Positions 50,540-60,464 of a DNA stretch of 64,000 nucleotides are shown piece by piece. The stretch is from Bdellovibrionota bacterium. Lineage in GTDB: Bacteria > Bdellovibrionota_C > UBA2361 > JAAYZI01. Under the pieces are notes generated by a model. That model was not told where the DNA came from, ran no database searches, and saw only the letters and a list, made by a program, of their open reading frames with translations. How positions within the stretch are numbered: position 1 is the stretch's first letter; the number at the start of each line of letters is the position of its first letter. The DNA lies in assembly GCA_050950765.1 (NCBI GenBank), contig JBMNIF010000001.1, positions 96,001 to 160,000 on the forward strand, written 5' to 3'. The position numbers and the translations under genes were made by a program.

Positions 50540-51877
50540 ATGCAAAAGTTTAATTTGGCACTATTAGATGATGTACACTCTGTTAATCAGCAGGTTATTC
50601 CGATAAAAACTGCTATCCATCGCCGTCAATTATCTGCGGCGTTGCTGCATATTTTACAAGAAACGCAGCGGGAGTTGGGATGTCTTGGTGATGAAAATTT
50701 TATTCCAACAGGGCAAGAAGTAAGTGCTGTTTTGGCAAAGGTCTCAACACGACTCGGATTTGATCTCTCAACTTTTGAAAGAGACCAGATACTAGCTTTT
50801 ATTGAAACAGATAAGAAGCCGTTCGGACTTTTGCAGCCGTTAGTAGAAGATCGAAGAATTACAGATATTATCGTAACTGATTATTCTAAAGTTACTATTC
50901 AGCAAGGACGCAAAAATTTAAATACAGATATCGTTTTCCCCAGTCAAGAAGCTTACGAAGCATTTGTTGAAAGACTTTTAAAAAAAGCTGGTGCAACTGT
51001 TTCTACAAAAAAACCGATTGCTGATGGCATGATTGGATCTTTTGCACGTATTCATGCCGTGCATAAATCTTTATGTGAAGGTGGACCTTATTTAACAATC
51101 AGATTGAATCGATTCTCAGAAGTGGTTTGCGCTGACCTGATTAAAAACGGTTTGGCGCCGCAAGAGATCTTTGATTATTTGCAAAGTGTTGTAAGGGGTG
51201 GGCATACAGTATTGGTTGTCGGTGAAGTTGCTACTGGTAAGACTACACTAACTCGTGCTTTGGCAGCTTCTGTTCCTCAAGATGAATCAATTTTAGTTAT
51301 TGAGGATACCCCTGAAATAAAATTATCACATCCGCATGTTCGTTACATCCGTACTAGAGAAGCAAATACTGATGGTGCTGGAAGAGTTTCTCCAGGGGAA
51401 TGTATCAGAGCTGGTATGCGTATGGCTATGAATCGTATCATATTTGGAGAGATGCGCGATGCTGAAGCTGCCGAGTCATTTATAGATGTGTGTGCATCGG
51501 GACATCCAGGATTATCCACAATTCACGCCAAAAGTAGTTTAGAAGCGATAAGTCGTTTAGAGCTTTTCTTAGGACGTGCACAAAAAGGTGTTTCTGCTGA
51601 TGTTATAGCAAGACAAATTTCAAAAGCTGTGCAGGTCATAGTGCATATCAATATATGCCCACTTAGTGGACGCCGCCGCATTATGGAAGTAAGAGAGATC
51701 GGTGCTGTTGCGGATGGTGCTTTACGCCAAAAAGAGATTTTTAAATATGAAGCTACAACAGGTCAGTTGGGGTGGCGGGTTATGTGCAAGGTAAGTAATT
51801 ACCGTGATGCTTTAGAGAATGGTGCAGAACCTGTTTTGTTAAGTAAGTTCCCATCTTTCTTAGTGGCAACGGTGTAA
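50540..51877 (+). CDS. cpaF: Flp pilus assembly ATPase CpaF/TadA
   Basis: GLLQPLVED, GEVATGKT Walker A, IEDTPEI, GEMRDAEA, SGHPGLSTIHA. Confidence 0.93.
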   Translation: MQKFNLALLDDVHSVNQQVIPIKTAIHRRQLSAALLHILQETQRELGCLGDENFIPTGQEVSAVLAKVSTRLGFDLSTFERDQILAFIETDKKPFGLLQPLVEDRRITDIIVTDYSKVTIQQGRKNLNTDIVFPSQEAYEAFVERLLKKAGATVSTKKPIADGMIGSFARIHAVHKSLCEGGPYLTIRLNRFSEVVCADLIKNGLAPQEIFDYLQSVVRGGHTVLVVGEVATGKTTLTRALAASVPQDESILVIEDTPEIKLSHPHVRYIRTREANTDGAGRVSPGECIRAGMRMAMNRIIFGEMRDAEAAESFIDVCASGHPGLSTIHAKSSLEAISRLELFLGRAQKGVSADVIARQISKAVQVIVHINICPLSGRRRIMEVREIGAVADGALRQKEIFKYEATTGQLGWRVMCKVSNYRDALENGAEPVLLSKFPSFLVATV

Positions 51878-51891
51878 ATTAAAAATCGGAG

Positions 51892-52743
51892 TTGTTAATG
51901 TTTTTTAGTTCTCGACGCGATATAGAAAATTTGGCGCATGAATTATTGCATGGCACTCCTGACTTTCGAGACAACTTTGAAAAAAAAGATCCGGCGCTGC
52001 AAGGTGTTTTAAAGGAGCTCTTTTATTATACTGGATTGCAGCAGAGCGAGATAAAAAAATATCTCAGACATATTATTTTTGTAGTTCTTGCTATCATTCT
52101 TTTTGTAATTATTGTCGGACGCTTCGAGCTGTTGCTAGCAGTTCCTATTTATGTAGCCATTGAATACCTTTTATTGCAGCGAATTGCTTGGAAACGAACA
52201 GAAGATTTTGAACGCGATTATGTGCCGTTCTTACTCTCCTTAGCTTCCGGAGTTCGTACGGGTATGGATCCTTTTGTTGCAATCTGTGAATGCGGCAGCC
52301 TCTTTCCTAGCACATCATCTCTTAGAAAAGAGGTCTCCGATCTGCAAGAAAAAGTTTCAAGAGGTGTTTCTGAAGATACTGCTGTTAGAGAGTTTGCCGC
52401 ATCTATTTTACACCCTGATATTCAGCTTTTTAGAAGCACTTTTATCTTGGCTAGGAGGGAAGGCTCTTCTCTGGGTGATAGCCTGCGCAGGTTAGGAAGG
52501 GTAACACGTCAGAGACAATCGTTTAGACGAAAGTTGAAAGGCGCTCTCGCCATGCAACGCCTTTCAGCTATCGGAATTACGGGCTGTGCGGTGCTTATCG
52601 GTTTGTTACAGGCGGTAACTAATATAGATGCTTTAAAAGATGCTTTTAATCATCCTCTCGGATCTCTTGCTATGATGTTTGGCGTGGGTTTAATTGCGTT
52701 GGGGCTTGTTTGGATGCTGTATCTTTCACGGAGGAGGATCTGA
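51892..52743 (+). CDS. tadB: TadB inner-membrane platform protein
   Basis: LASGVRTG, REGSSLGDSL (T2SSF-like) and TM pattern; follows cpaF. Confidence 0.85.
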   Translation: MLMFFSSRRDIENLAHELLHGTPDFRDNFEKKDPALQGVLKELFYYTGLQQSEIKKYLRHIIFVVLAIILFVIIVGRFELLLAVPIYVAIEYLLLQRIAWKRTEDFERDYVPFLLSLASGVRTGMDPFVAICECGSLFPSTSSLRKEVSDLQEKVSRGVSEDTAVREFAASILHPDIQLFRSTFILARREGSSLGDSLRRLGRVTRQRQSFRRKLKGALAMQRLSAIGITGCAVLIGLLQAVTNIDALKDAFNHPLGSLAMMFGVGLIALGLVWMLYLSRRRI

Positions 52744-52744
52744 G

Positions 52745-53650
52745 ATGTTTAACTCGTCACTACTCTTATTCATCTTTATCGCTGTAACTGTTATCTATGC
52801 AGCAAATGTTGTTTTTCAAAGTAAGCGACGTAGCGCTACGGAAGTTTACTTTGATTTAGCTGATGACTTTGCAGAGTCTGATAAAGATATACAACAACAA
52901 GTTAAGGGGCTACGTTTATTTACGGATGAGTTCGGGCAAATGGGGCTCATTGATGCGGAAGAACGTAAGAAATTTAAGTTTTGGCAAGTAGCGATCCCTG
53001 TAATCGTTATACTGCTGTTAGAAAGTATAGTTTTTCTCCTTAATAAACAATCAATCTCTGTAATATGTGCAACGTGTGTGATGGGTTGGGGCATAGGTTA
53101 TATTATTACACGTTGGAGATTAAAAAACGGAATCACAACTTATCAAAGGCTATTGGAATTTAATCTACCCCTTGTTATGGAAAGATTGGTGATGGCGGTA
53201 GAGGCAGGGCTAGATATCGTTGCTGCTATGCAAAATATCGTTGAATTAGAAAAAGAGACGCAGAAAGAAGCACTACAACACGGCAGACAATATAAGATAG
53301 ATCCTGTAACAAAACTCTTGGAGATAGTAATAGGACTTTCTAACGCAGGGCTTCGCTTTGAGAAGAGCCTTTATGAAACTGCAAATATTGCAAATAATAA
53401 TGCAATAAAACACGCGTTTATTCACCTTGCCTTAGCGCAAAAAGAAGGGGGTGAATTGATCGTTCCATTAAGAGAATTGAGTGATGCAACACAGCTGCAG
53501 TATCAAGAAAATTTAGAAGAAGAGATCGCAAAGATGCCTGTTAAAGCGACTTTACCACTGGTTTTTACTTTTGCCGGACTGATTGTTTTTTTCCTAACGG
53601 GTCCAATCGTGCAGATTATAAAGATTACAACAAGTGCTATGCCGAAGTAG
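52745..53650 (+). CDS. tadC: TadC inner-membrane platform protein
   Basis: MAVEAGL, KMPVKATLPLV motifs; ATG immediately after the tadB stop. Confidence 0.87.
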   Translation: MFNSSLLLFIFIAVTVIYAANVVFQSKRRSATEVYFDLADDFAESDKDIQQQVKGLRLFTDEFGQMGLIDAEERKKFKFWQVAIPVIVILLLESIVFLLNKQSISVICATCVMGWGIGYIITRWRLKNGITTYQRLLEFNLPLVMERLVMAVEAGLDIVAAMQNIVELEKETQKEALQHGRQYKIDPVTKLLEIVIGLSNAGLRFEKSLYETANIANNNAIKHAFIHLALAQKEGGELIVPLRELSDATQLQYQENLEEEIAKMPVKATLPLVFTFAGLIVFFLTGPIVQIIKITTSAMPK

Positions 53651-53670
53651 TAAGAGGGAGCGAGTAAGAG

Positions 53671-54885
53671 ATGAAGATTTTTCCCATATTTCAAACGCTA
53701 CTTAAAAAGGAGAGCATTAGTATAGAGATACTACTCGAAAAGCTTTCAAGTATTGTAGGTTTATCCGCTTTAGAAACAGTAGTAAGAGAAAATATAGATA
53801 GACGTTTATTTATTTCTGCTGTTGCGGAACGTGCTGGAATTGATGAAAAAGTTTTAGTAAAAAAACTAGCAAAAAAGTTGAAGCTTAGGAGTGTAGAAAA
53901 CATTAGCGGTCTTGATTTTAGAGAGTTAACACAAGCGCTAAGTGTTTCAGAGTTGAGACAATACGGCATTATGCCGTTAGCGAACGGCGCAAACATTATA
54001 AGTTATGCTTGTAGTGATCCCAGCTTTGTGCCGGAAATTTACAGCAAACAATGCGAAAATGATCTGATCTTGGCAACTTGGGGAGATATTTCAAGAGCGC
54101 TTGAAGCAAGTGAAGCGTTATCGTCTTCAGATGGAGAAGAATCGTTAAAAAAATCGAAACGTGTCTTACGACTCTTAATTGATGAAGCAAGTTCTTATGG
54201 TGCTAAAGATCTGACCTTAAATTTTGATACTGATTCTCTACTGTATGAGTTTATGACACCTGACGGGAAATTGGGTAAGGGTAATGTCGACTTATCGATG
54301 AAGAGAAGTTTTCAAAACTTTTTTAATAAAATTATAAAAGAATCCTGCGGAAAATTTCCTTTAGAGGATAGTTTATTTATAAAGGTACAAAGCAATCCAC
54401 ACGGCTATCGTGTGGCATTTGGTGGTGTGCAAGATTTTGAAATAGAAGAAACGGAAGGAAAAGATATCCAAAAAAACGGGTACGTCCTTTTATTTGATGA
54501 AGACCACAATTTTTTGAATGTTCTCAAACGTTTTTTAGAGAGGATGGGGCTCTCTACGAAGGTTGTAACAACAGAAGACGGGATAAGAGAAAGTCTTGCC
54601 TCAGAGAATAAACCGCTTTTAGTGATTGCTGATTTTAAAACAACTAAAGGTGACGGAATTACTTTAATAAAAAATGTGAGAGATATGGAAAGGAATAAAA
54701 AAATACCACTCCTGATGTTGACAGATAATGAAAAGCTTGAAGACAAAGTAGCGTTTTTAGCTGCTGGAGCAAATGCTTATGTTTTAAAGAACGATAGCCC
54801 ACGTATCTTATATGCACAGATGGTGAGATTATTACAGGGGCAAGAAAAGTACTCTAAAAATATAACAAAGAGGGGTCTGTCATGA
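53671..54885 (+). CDS. PilB/GspE N-terminal-like domains fused to a response-regulator receiver
   Basis: LAKKLKL...QYGIMPL...YACSDP and LIDEASSYGAKDLTL (GspE N1/N2-like); C-terminal REC (LFDED, VIADF, MLT, YVLK); no Walker A. Confidence 0.72.
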   Translation: MKIFPIFQTLLKKESISIEILLEKLSSIVGLSALETVVRENIDRRLFISAVAERAGIDEKVLVKKLAKKLKLRSVENISGLDFRELTQALSVSELRQYGIMPLANGANIISYACSDPSFVPEIYSKQCENDLILATWGDISRALEASEALSSSDGEESLKKSKRVLRLLIDEASSYGAKDLTLNFDTDSLLYEFMTPDGKLGKGNVDLSMKRSFQNFFNKIIKESCGKFPLEDSLFIKVQSNPHGYRVAFGGVQDFEIEETEGKDIQKNGYVLLFDEDHNFLNVLKRFLERMGLSTKVVTTEDGIRESLASENKPLLVIADFKTTKGDGITLIKNVRDMERNKKIPLLMLTDNEKLEDKVAFLAAGANAYVLKNDSPRILYAQMVRLLQGQEKYSKNITKRGLS

Positions 54886-56747
54886 GAATAATATTACTTT
54901 GTTTATTTACCTTCGCTTTAATCATAGCTGCTTTAGCAGAAGATCCCTTTTTACTTTTTACCACAGGCACACTCATTTTAGGGTATTGCGCTTTAATTTT
55001 AAAAGATCTTTCGGGGATAAAAAAGATATGTGTTGGTATGTTAAACACAGCTGCTAATAATCAGACTTTAACCTTTGCAACACCACGAACCTCGAGTGGT
55101 CTTGAGTTGCAGACTTATTGTGAGGCTCTAAAGTTCAGGTTTAATACACTGCATAATGCCATTGAAGATTTAAATAGGTTGCAACGAGTACAAGGAACGG
55201 CTTCAATCGCTCCAGCAATTTGTGATGAAGAACAGTTATATGAACATGCCTTAAAATTTGCAGTACAATATCTAAATTGCTTTGCTGCTGCTTTAATCGT
55301 TGATGCCGGATCAAAAGATCAAAGAGTCTTTAGCTACGGTATTAAAGGGGAGCGTTTTGAAAAAACGTTACTAAATGTTATCGGTAACAGATTAAGCACA
55401 CCTTCTTTCGAAAAATTTCGGGAAGATGATGACGGATCTTTTAGCAACTTCGGTTTAAAACAATCGTTATGTTTGCCTTTAAAGTGGCAGGAAGATAGTG
55501 CTGTTAGAAGTGGTGCTTTATGGTTCGGTTATTCTAGTGAGAGACCGATTACGGAGTCTGAAGAAAAACTCGCAGAAGAGATTCAAAAGAAAGTTTCTGT
55601 TGAGTTAACTTCACGTTGGTTAGTATGTGAATTAGGGCAAAAGGTTCAGGAAGCTGAATATATTAGTAAGGGGAAAAGTGATCTGATGAAGCACGTTTCT
55701 CATGATATCCGTTCTCCACTGAATAATATAAAGGCAGTTTTAAATCTGTTGCAGATAGAAGGGACTCCTTCAGATTCTTCTAAAATTCTTGAAATGGGGT
55801 TAAGAAATTGTGATGCCATGTTGGATATTGTGGAAAATATTATGGACCTTTCTAAATTTAATGCTGGAAAACTTGTTCCACAAAAACAAACAGTGCACTT
55901 AGCAGAGGAGGTAAAAAGTGTAGTTGAGGCCTATCAAATTGCCGCTAAAGTTAAGGGGGTCACTTTAACTCAAACTAATAGCGATCTTGAAAATAGTATC
56001 GTTGTTGATCCGCATCATCTAAAAAGAATTGCAGCTAACTTGATTAGTAATGCTTTAAAATATACTCCAAAGGGGCATATCGAAGTTGATGTCTATGATG
56101 ATAAGGAAGGCACCGTCCTTTCAGTCAGAGATAGTGGTATCGGGATATCAACACAACAGCTACAAAGTTTATTTACCCCTTTTTCAAGATTCGAACCGCA
56201 TCTGGCTGATGGTGTGGGGTTGGGGCTGACTTTGACAAAGATCTTAGTTGAGATGAATGGCGGAAAGATATCTGTTCGGTCCGCTCAAAATAAAGGAACG
56301 GTTGTTGTTGTAACCTTTCCGACACAGGGGAAAATTGTAAAAGATAAAGAGAAGCCTTCTTTATATGAAAATATCTGTAAAAAAGTGCTGGTTGTTGATA
56401 ATGATGCAGATTCTGTGCTTAGTCTCGGTCGAGTGCTTGAACGTTATGGCTACGAAGTTTCAACGGCGATTAGTGTTGATAATGCCTGCGCACAACTGGA
56501 AAGAGATCTACCTGATATCTTACTAACAGATTCTGATATGCCGAACGGTGGGGGGCGAAGAATATTAGATTTTATTGCTACTAAGGGCTTGGATCTTAAA
56601 ACAGTTGTTATTTCAGGAGAAGAGGAGGATGAACTGAAAACTAAATTTAGAGGGGTAAATGTTGACACCTTTCTTATTAAACCTGTTGATATTCAAGGGA
56701 TGGTAAGGATTCTACACTCATTAAGTGGTTATAAGATGGCAGCTTAA
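54882..56747 (+). CDS. Hybrid sensor histidine kinase (TM, GAF-like, HisKA, HATPase, REC)
   Basis: SHDIRSPL H-box, NLISNALKYT, DSGIGI, GVGLGL, C-terminal receiver LLTDSDMP. Confidence 0.93.
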   Translation: MRIILLCLFTFALIIAALAEDPFLLFTTGTLILGYCALILKDLSGIKKICVGMLNTAANNQTLTFATPRTSSGLELQTYCEALKFRFNTLHNAIEDLNRLQRVQGTASIAPAICDEEQLYEHALKFAVQYLNCFAAALIVDAGSKDQRVFSYGIKGERFEKTLLNVIGNRLSTPSFEKFREDDDGSFSNFGLKQSLCLPLKWQEDSAVRSGALWFGYSSERPITESEEKLAEEIQKKVSVELTSRWLVCELGQKVQEAEYISKGKSDLMKHVSHDIRSPLNNIKAVLNLLQIEGTPSDSSKILEMGLRNCDAMLDIVENIMDLSKFNAGKLVPQKQTVHLAEEVKSVVEAYQIAAKVKGVTLTQTNSDLENSIVVDPHHLKRIAANLISNALKYTPKGHIEVDVYDDKEGTVLSVRDSGIGISTQQLQSLFTPFSRFEPHLADGVGLGLTLTKILVEMNGGKISVRSAQNKGTVVVVTFPTQGKIVKDKEKPSLYENICKKVLVVDNDADSVLSLGRVLERYGYEVSTAISVDNACAQLERDLPDILLTDSDMPNGGGRRILDFIATKGLDLKTVVISGEEEDELKTKFRGVNVDTFLIKPVDIQGMVRILHSLSGYKMAA

Positions 56748-56758
56748 TTACCTGTATA

Positions 56759-57259
56759 TTATTCTCTTATCTGAGGATGTTGCTGTTTCCCGCCGTGAAA
56801 GTTTAGTACCTGTTGCTTTGAAAGTTGAATGTTCCGTTGAAGGTGAATAAGTGCATCAATAACTGTTTCCGGTCGAGGAGGACAACCAGGAACATAGATA
56901 TCAACAGGTAAAATCTTATCTATGCCACTTACAACGCTATAATTATCATACATTCCACCTGATGAGGCACAAGCCCCGAACGCCATAACCCATTTAGGTT
57001 CTGTCATCTGGTTATAAACTTGGCGTAAAACAGGTGCTATCTTGTGATTAACTGTACCTACCACCATTAATAGATCGGCTTGTCGTGGGGTGAAGCGGGG
57101 TAGTGCTGCTCCAAAACGATCTGTATCGTAATGAGAACAGCTAAGAGCCATATATTCCATACCACAACAAGCTGTTACAAAAGGATACGGGAAAAGGGAA
57201 TATTTTCGTGCCCAGCCTAAAAGCTCTTCAAGTCTTGTGGTAATGTAACTGAAATTCAT
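56759..57259 (-). CDS. nuoB: NADH-quinone oxidoreductase subunit B
   Basis: [35 protein letters not shown] motifs. Confidence 0.95.
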   Translation of the reverse strand: MNFSYITTRLEELLGWARKYSLFPYPFVTACCGMEYMALSCSHYDTDRFGAALPRFTPRQADLLMVVGTVNHKIAPVLRQVYNQMTEPKWVMAFGACASSGGMYDNYSVVSGIDKILPVDIYVPGCPPRPETVIDALIHLQRNIQLSKQQVLNFHGGKQQHPQIRE

Positions 57260-57445
57260 ATCTGCAACTTACAAAATAATATAAAAAGTAAGCGACTAAC
57301 CCTCCACGTCCTTGACGGGTTTATGCTTTAGTGTATCCGTGCGGAAGGTGGATTTTTACAATAAAAACCCCCTCTAAATTAAGCTATGTTGAAATAAATA
57401 ACAAGAAGGAAGAATCGTATCTGCTTATGCTCCTGCTAAGTTATG

Positions 57446-58219
57446 CTAGGTCGGTAAATGGAAGAAATTAAGAGCTGTTTGCGTTGTTATCTCAGAAACT
57501 TCTTCAAGGGGGAGCTCTTTAATGTCGGCTAAGGCTTGTGCTGTTTTTATTATGTAGGCAGGTTCACACCGCTTACCACGATAAGGGACAGGGGCTAAAT
57601 AGGGCGCATCTGTTTCAAGCATTATTTGAGATAGCGGGATTTTTTTAGCTGCTTCCTTAACAGAAAGAGATTTTTTAAAGGTCAAAATACCTGTAAAAGA
57701 AACTAGGAAATTTAGTTCTGCCAGCTCGGCAGCAAAAGCAGCATCTTCTGCATAACAATGAAATACTCCGCCAACACGATCTGCATTTAGATCTTTTAAT
57801 ATCTTAAGACAATCTTGAGCGGCTTCTCTGGAGTGCACAACTAGCGGTTTTCCTGTTTGCAGTGCGACCTTAATGTGAAGTTTGAACCACTCTTTTTGTA
57901 GATCCTTTGTCTCGCTTGTGTAGTAATAATCTAAGCCTGTCTCCCCGATCGCTACGACACAATCTTCTAAGCCAAGTTTTAATAGCTTTTCATAATTTAA
58001 AGGAGTTGTAGCATCAAGGGGATGTACCCCTGCGGTTGCCCAAACGTTTTTATGAGATTTCGCCAGTGCTATCGAGGCAGCAGTTGATGTAAAGCCGTCT
58101 CCTGAGGCAACACAGATAATTCCATGAACTCCAGATTCACGAGATCGTGCCAAAACCTCTTCTAAGTCTGAGGAAAACTCAGATCCTGCTAAATGTGCGT
58201 GCGTATCAAATAGTTGCAT
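57446..58219 (-). CDS. tatD: TatD family nuclease
   Basis: DTHAH, GVHP, GETGLDY, HSREA, FHC, ETDAPYL. Confidence 0.95.
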   Translation of the reverse strand: MQLFDTHAHLAGSEFSSDLEEVLARSRESGVHGIICVASGDGFTSTAASIALAKSHKNVWATAGVHPLDATTPLNYEKLLKLGLEDCVVAIGETGLDYYYTSETKDLQKEWFKLHIKVALQTGKPLVVHSREAAQDCLKILKDLNADRVGGVFHCYAEDAAFAAELAELNFLVSFTGILTFKKSLSVKEAAKKIPLSQIMLETDAPYLAPVPYRGKRCEPAYIIKTAQALADIKELPLEEVSEITTQTALNFFHLPT

Positions 58220-58292
58220 AGCAGAGTTTTCTTTTTTGAAGCGGCACCTTTTTTAATGCCGCTTCTCTCTATTGTCTCGCAATTAAAGATAA

Positions 58293-58667
58293 TTAACGAA
58301 CTTCAGCTCCGGCAGCGATATCTTTTTCAGGTTGAAGAAGAACAATCCCTGATTGATCGTTACTAGCAGCTAAAAGCATTCCTCTTGATTCATATCCCAT
58401 CAGTTTTGCTGGTTTTAAATTAGCAACAACGATAATCTTTCTGCCGACTAACGTTTCTGGTGAATAAAATTGTGAGATACCTGCTAAGATCTGTCTCTCT
58501 CCGAATTCTTCACCAAGACTAATTTGAAGTTTGATTAACTTTTTAGAATTTGGCACTGCCTCAGCAGCTAATATTTCGGCAACGCGAAATTTAATTTTTG
58601 CAAAATAATCATAATCGATTAAATCTTCTGCTGACTCGGTTGGTTTTGTTTCTTGTTCGTTTTCCAT
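58293..58667 (-). CDS. Stand-alone tRNA-binding OB-fold protein (MetRS C-terminal domain/Trbp111-like)
   Basis: RQILAGI, VANLKPAKLMGYESRGMLLAA motifs; 124 aa. Confidence 0.9.
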   Translation of the reverse strand: MENEQETKPTESAEDLIDYDYFAKIKFRVAEILAAEAVPNSKKLIKLQISLGEEFGERQILAGISQFYSPETLVGRKIIVVANLKPAKLMGYESRGMLLAASNDQSGIVLLQPEKDIAAGAEVR

Positions 58668-58734
58668 CGTATTAACCCAAAATAAAAATTAAAAATATTT
58701 TTAGACACACGTCATTGACGGAGGGATTGTATAT

Positions 58735-59727
58735 CTAAACGACCACTTCGTGAAGTAGCCGTCCTTTTTGAGATAAAAATGAAGAGGTGGAGTCTTTTTG
58801 TTTAGCTAAATCTATTAAAATTAGTGAAAGCAAGTAGTTGGCTCCAATATTCCTTTCAAATATTAGAGACTCCGCATTTAGTAAATTTGTTAAACAGATT
58901 GACCAACTAAGACAGTTAGCGTCTGCTTTTAGCATCTCTGAACGAGCATAAATGCTCATCATGCGTAATTTTAAACGTAAAGCCTCCCTGTCTTTGTTAA
59001 GCTCGTAAGCCATTTCTCCGGCTAGTGCTATGTCGCCTGCTGCTATTTTTTTTAAAGAAGTTTGCAATGATTCCCAGAGTGAAAAATTTTCCTCTAAGGC
59101 TGTTACGTTTTCAAGTGTACCATCAGCTAATAATAGTAGCTCTTCATGATCTAAGTTCGAGGCGAGATCTTTTTGCTTTATAACTTCTTTGATTTCAGAG
59201 GTTGAGAGTTTATCAAAAAACCAATTATGACACCTTGATAGTACAGTCGGAGGAAGTCGTGAAGGGTTTGCAGATAACAAACAGAAATAAACATTCGGAC
59301 GTGGCTCTTCTAAAATTTTTAAGAGTAGGTTGGCACCTTGTGTTGATATCAGCTCAACGTTGTGAAAAAGAATAAAACGATATTTTCCAGCATAAGGAGT
59401 AAGGTGTAGTGAATATAAAAGTTCACGTAATTTTTCTACTGTTGTGTCTTCTTTGCAGAGGAAATCTCGCACATGAAAATCAGGATGATTACCAGCCGTG
59501 AAGAGGCGACAAGCGCGACACTCGCCGCAGCCACCATAGGTAGTGCCATCTTCACAAAAAAAAGTTTTGCTCAACTCTTTTGCAACTAGAGATTTACCGA
59601 TACCGGAAGAGCCCGTAAACATCATCGCTGACGGCACCTTATTAGAACGCCAAAGCTTCTCCAAACGTTGACGCTGCTTGGTGTGACCAATAATAAGATC
59701 AGAGTTTAGTTTCTTGTCATTTTCCAT
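58735..59727 (-). CDS. holB: DNA polymerase III subunit delta'
   Basis: GIGK, zinc-binding CGECRAC, NHPD, ANLLLKILEEP, PTVLSRC; follows tmk. Confidence 0.93.
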   Translation of the reverse strand: MENDKKLNSDLIIGHTKQRQRLEKLWRSNKVPSAMMFTGSSGIGKSLVAKELSKTFFCEDGTTYGGCGECRACRLFTAGNHPDFHVRDFLCKEDTTVEKLRELLYSLHLTPYAGKYRFILFHNVELISTQGANLLLKILEEPRPNVYFCLLSANPSRLPPTVLSRCHNWFFDKLSTSEIKEVIKQKDLASNLDHEELLLLADGTLENVTALEENFSLWESLQTSLKKIAAGDIALAGEMAYELNKDREALRLKLRMMSIYARSEMLKADANCLSWSICLTNLLNAESLIFERNIGANYLLSLILIDLAKQKDSTSSFLSQKGRLLHEVVV

Positions 59728-60377
59728 GATGCAATAAGGTTATCTATTACAGGTTTTATATCTTCCCACACTGCTTCTGGACTCTGCAAGGCATCGACTA
59801 ATAGACAAGGTTCTTGGCAAGTTTGGGCAAGTTCAATAAACCCTTGTCTGAGAGAAGTATGAAAGTCCAACTCTTCAGCCTCCATCTTATCTTGTTCTTT
59901 GGAAGCACGAGATTTAGCCCTTGCTAGTCCGATTTCAGGATCTAAATCCAATAAAATAAAGAGATCAGGATAACAATCTGCCACAGCTAGGGCGTTTACA
60001 TAATTAACTTGCTGAAGTGAAAGTTTACGACCATAACCTTGAAATGCGACGGTAGAATAATAATAGCGATCAGAGATCACAAACTGTTTTGCCGCTAACG
60101 CTGGTTTTATTTTTGCTGCAACGTGCTCAGCTCTATCTGCTGCGAATAAAAAGAGCTCTGTAAAGGATCCCGCACAATTTTCGCCAAGTATTAAAGGTCG
60201 TAATTTCTCACCAAGCTCTGATCCTCCAGGTTCTCTTGTTGAGAGGGGATTAAGATCTAATGAAAGTAAATATTGTGATAAGCGATTTATTAAGGTACCT
60301 TTACCAGCCCCATTAACGCCGTCAACAACGATAAAGCCTGACGGAGATTTAAATGTAAAGTCCTTTTTTATAAGCAT
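59706..60377 (-). CDS. tmk: Thymidylate kinase
   Basis: DGVNGAGKGT P-loop, REPGG, LFAADRAEH, SDRY, AFQGYGR. Confidence 0.96.
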   Translation of the reverse strand: MLIKKDFTFKSPSGFIVVDGVNGAGKGTLINRLSQYLLSLDLNPLSTREPGGSELGEKLRPLILGENCAGSFTELFLFAADRAEHVAAKIKPALAAKQFVISDRYYYSTVAFQGYGRKLSLQQVNYVNALAVADCYPDLFILLDLDPEIGLARAKSRASKEQDKMEAEELDFHTSLRQGFIELAQTCQEPCLLVDALQSPEAVWEDIKPVIDNLIASWKMTRN

Positions 60378-60464
60378 CGGTGTTTTTACCTGTTTAATTT
60401 GAGAATATTTCTGCTGTGGGCGTAGGATAGGCTAAATATCTATTTTTTAAAATAGTAAGAGAGA

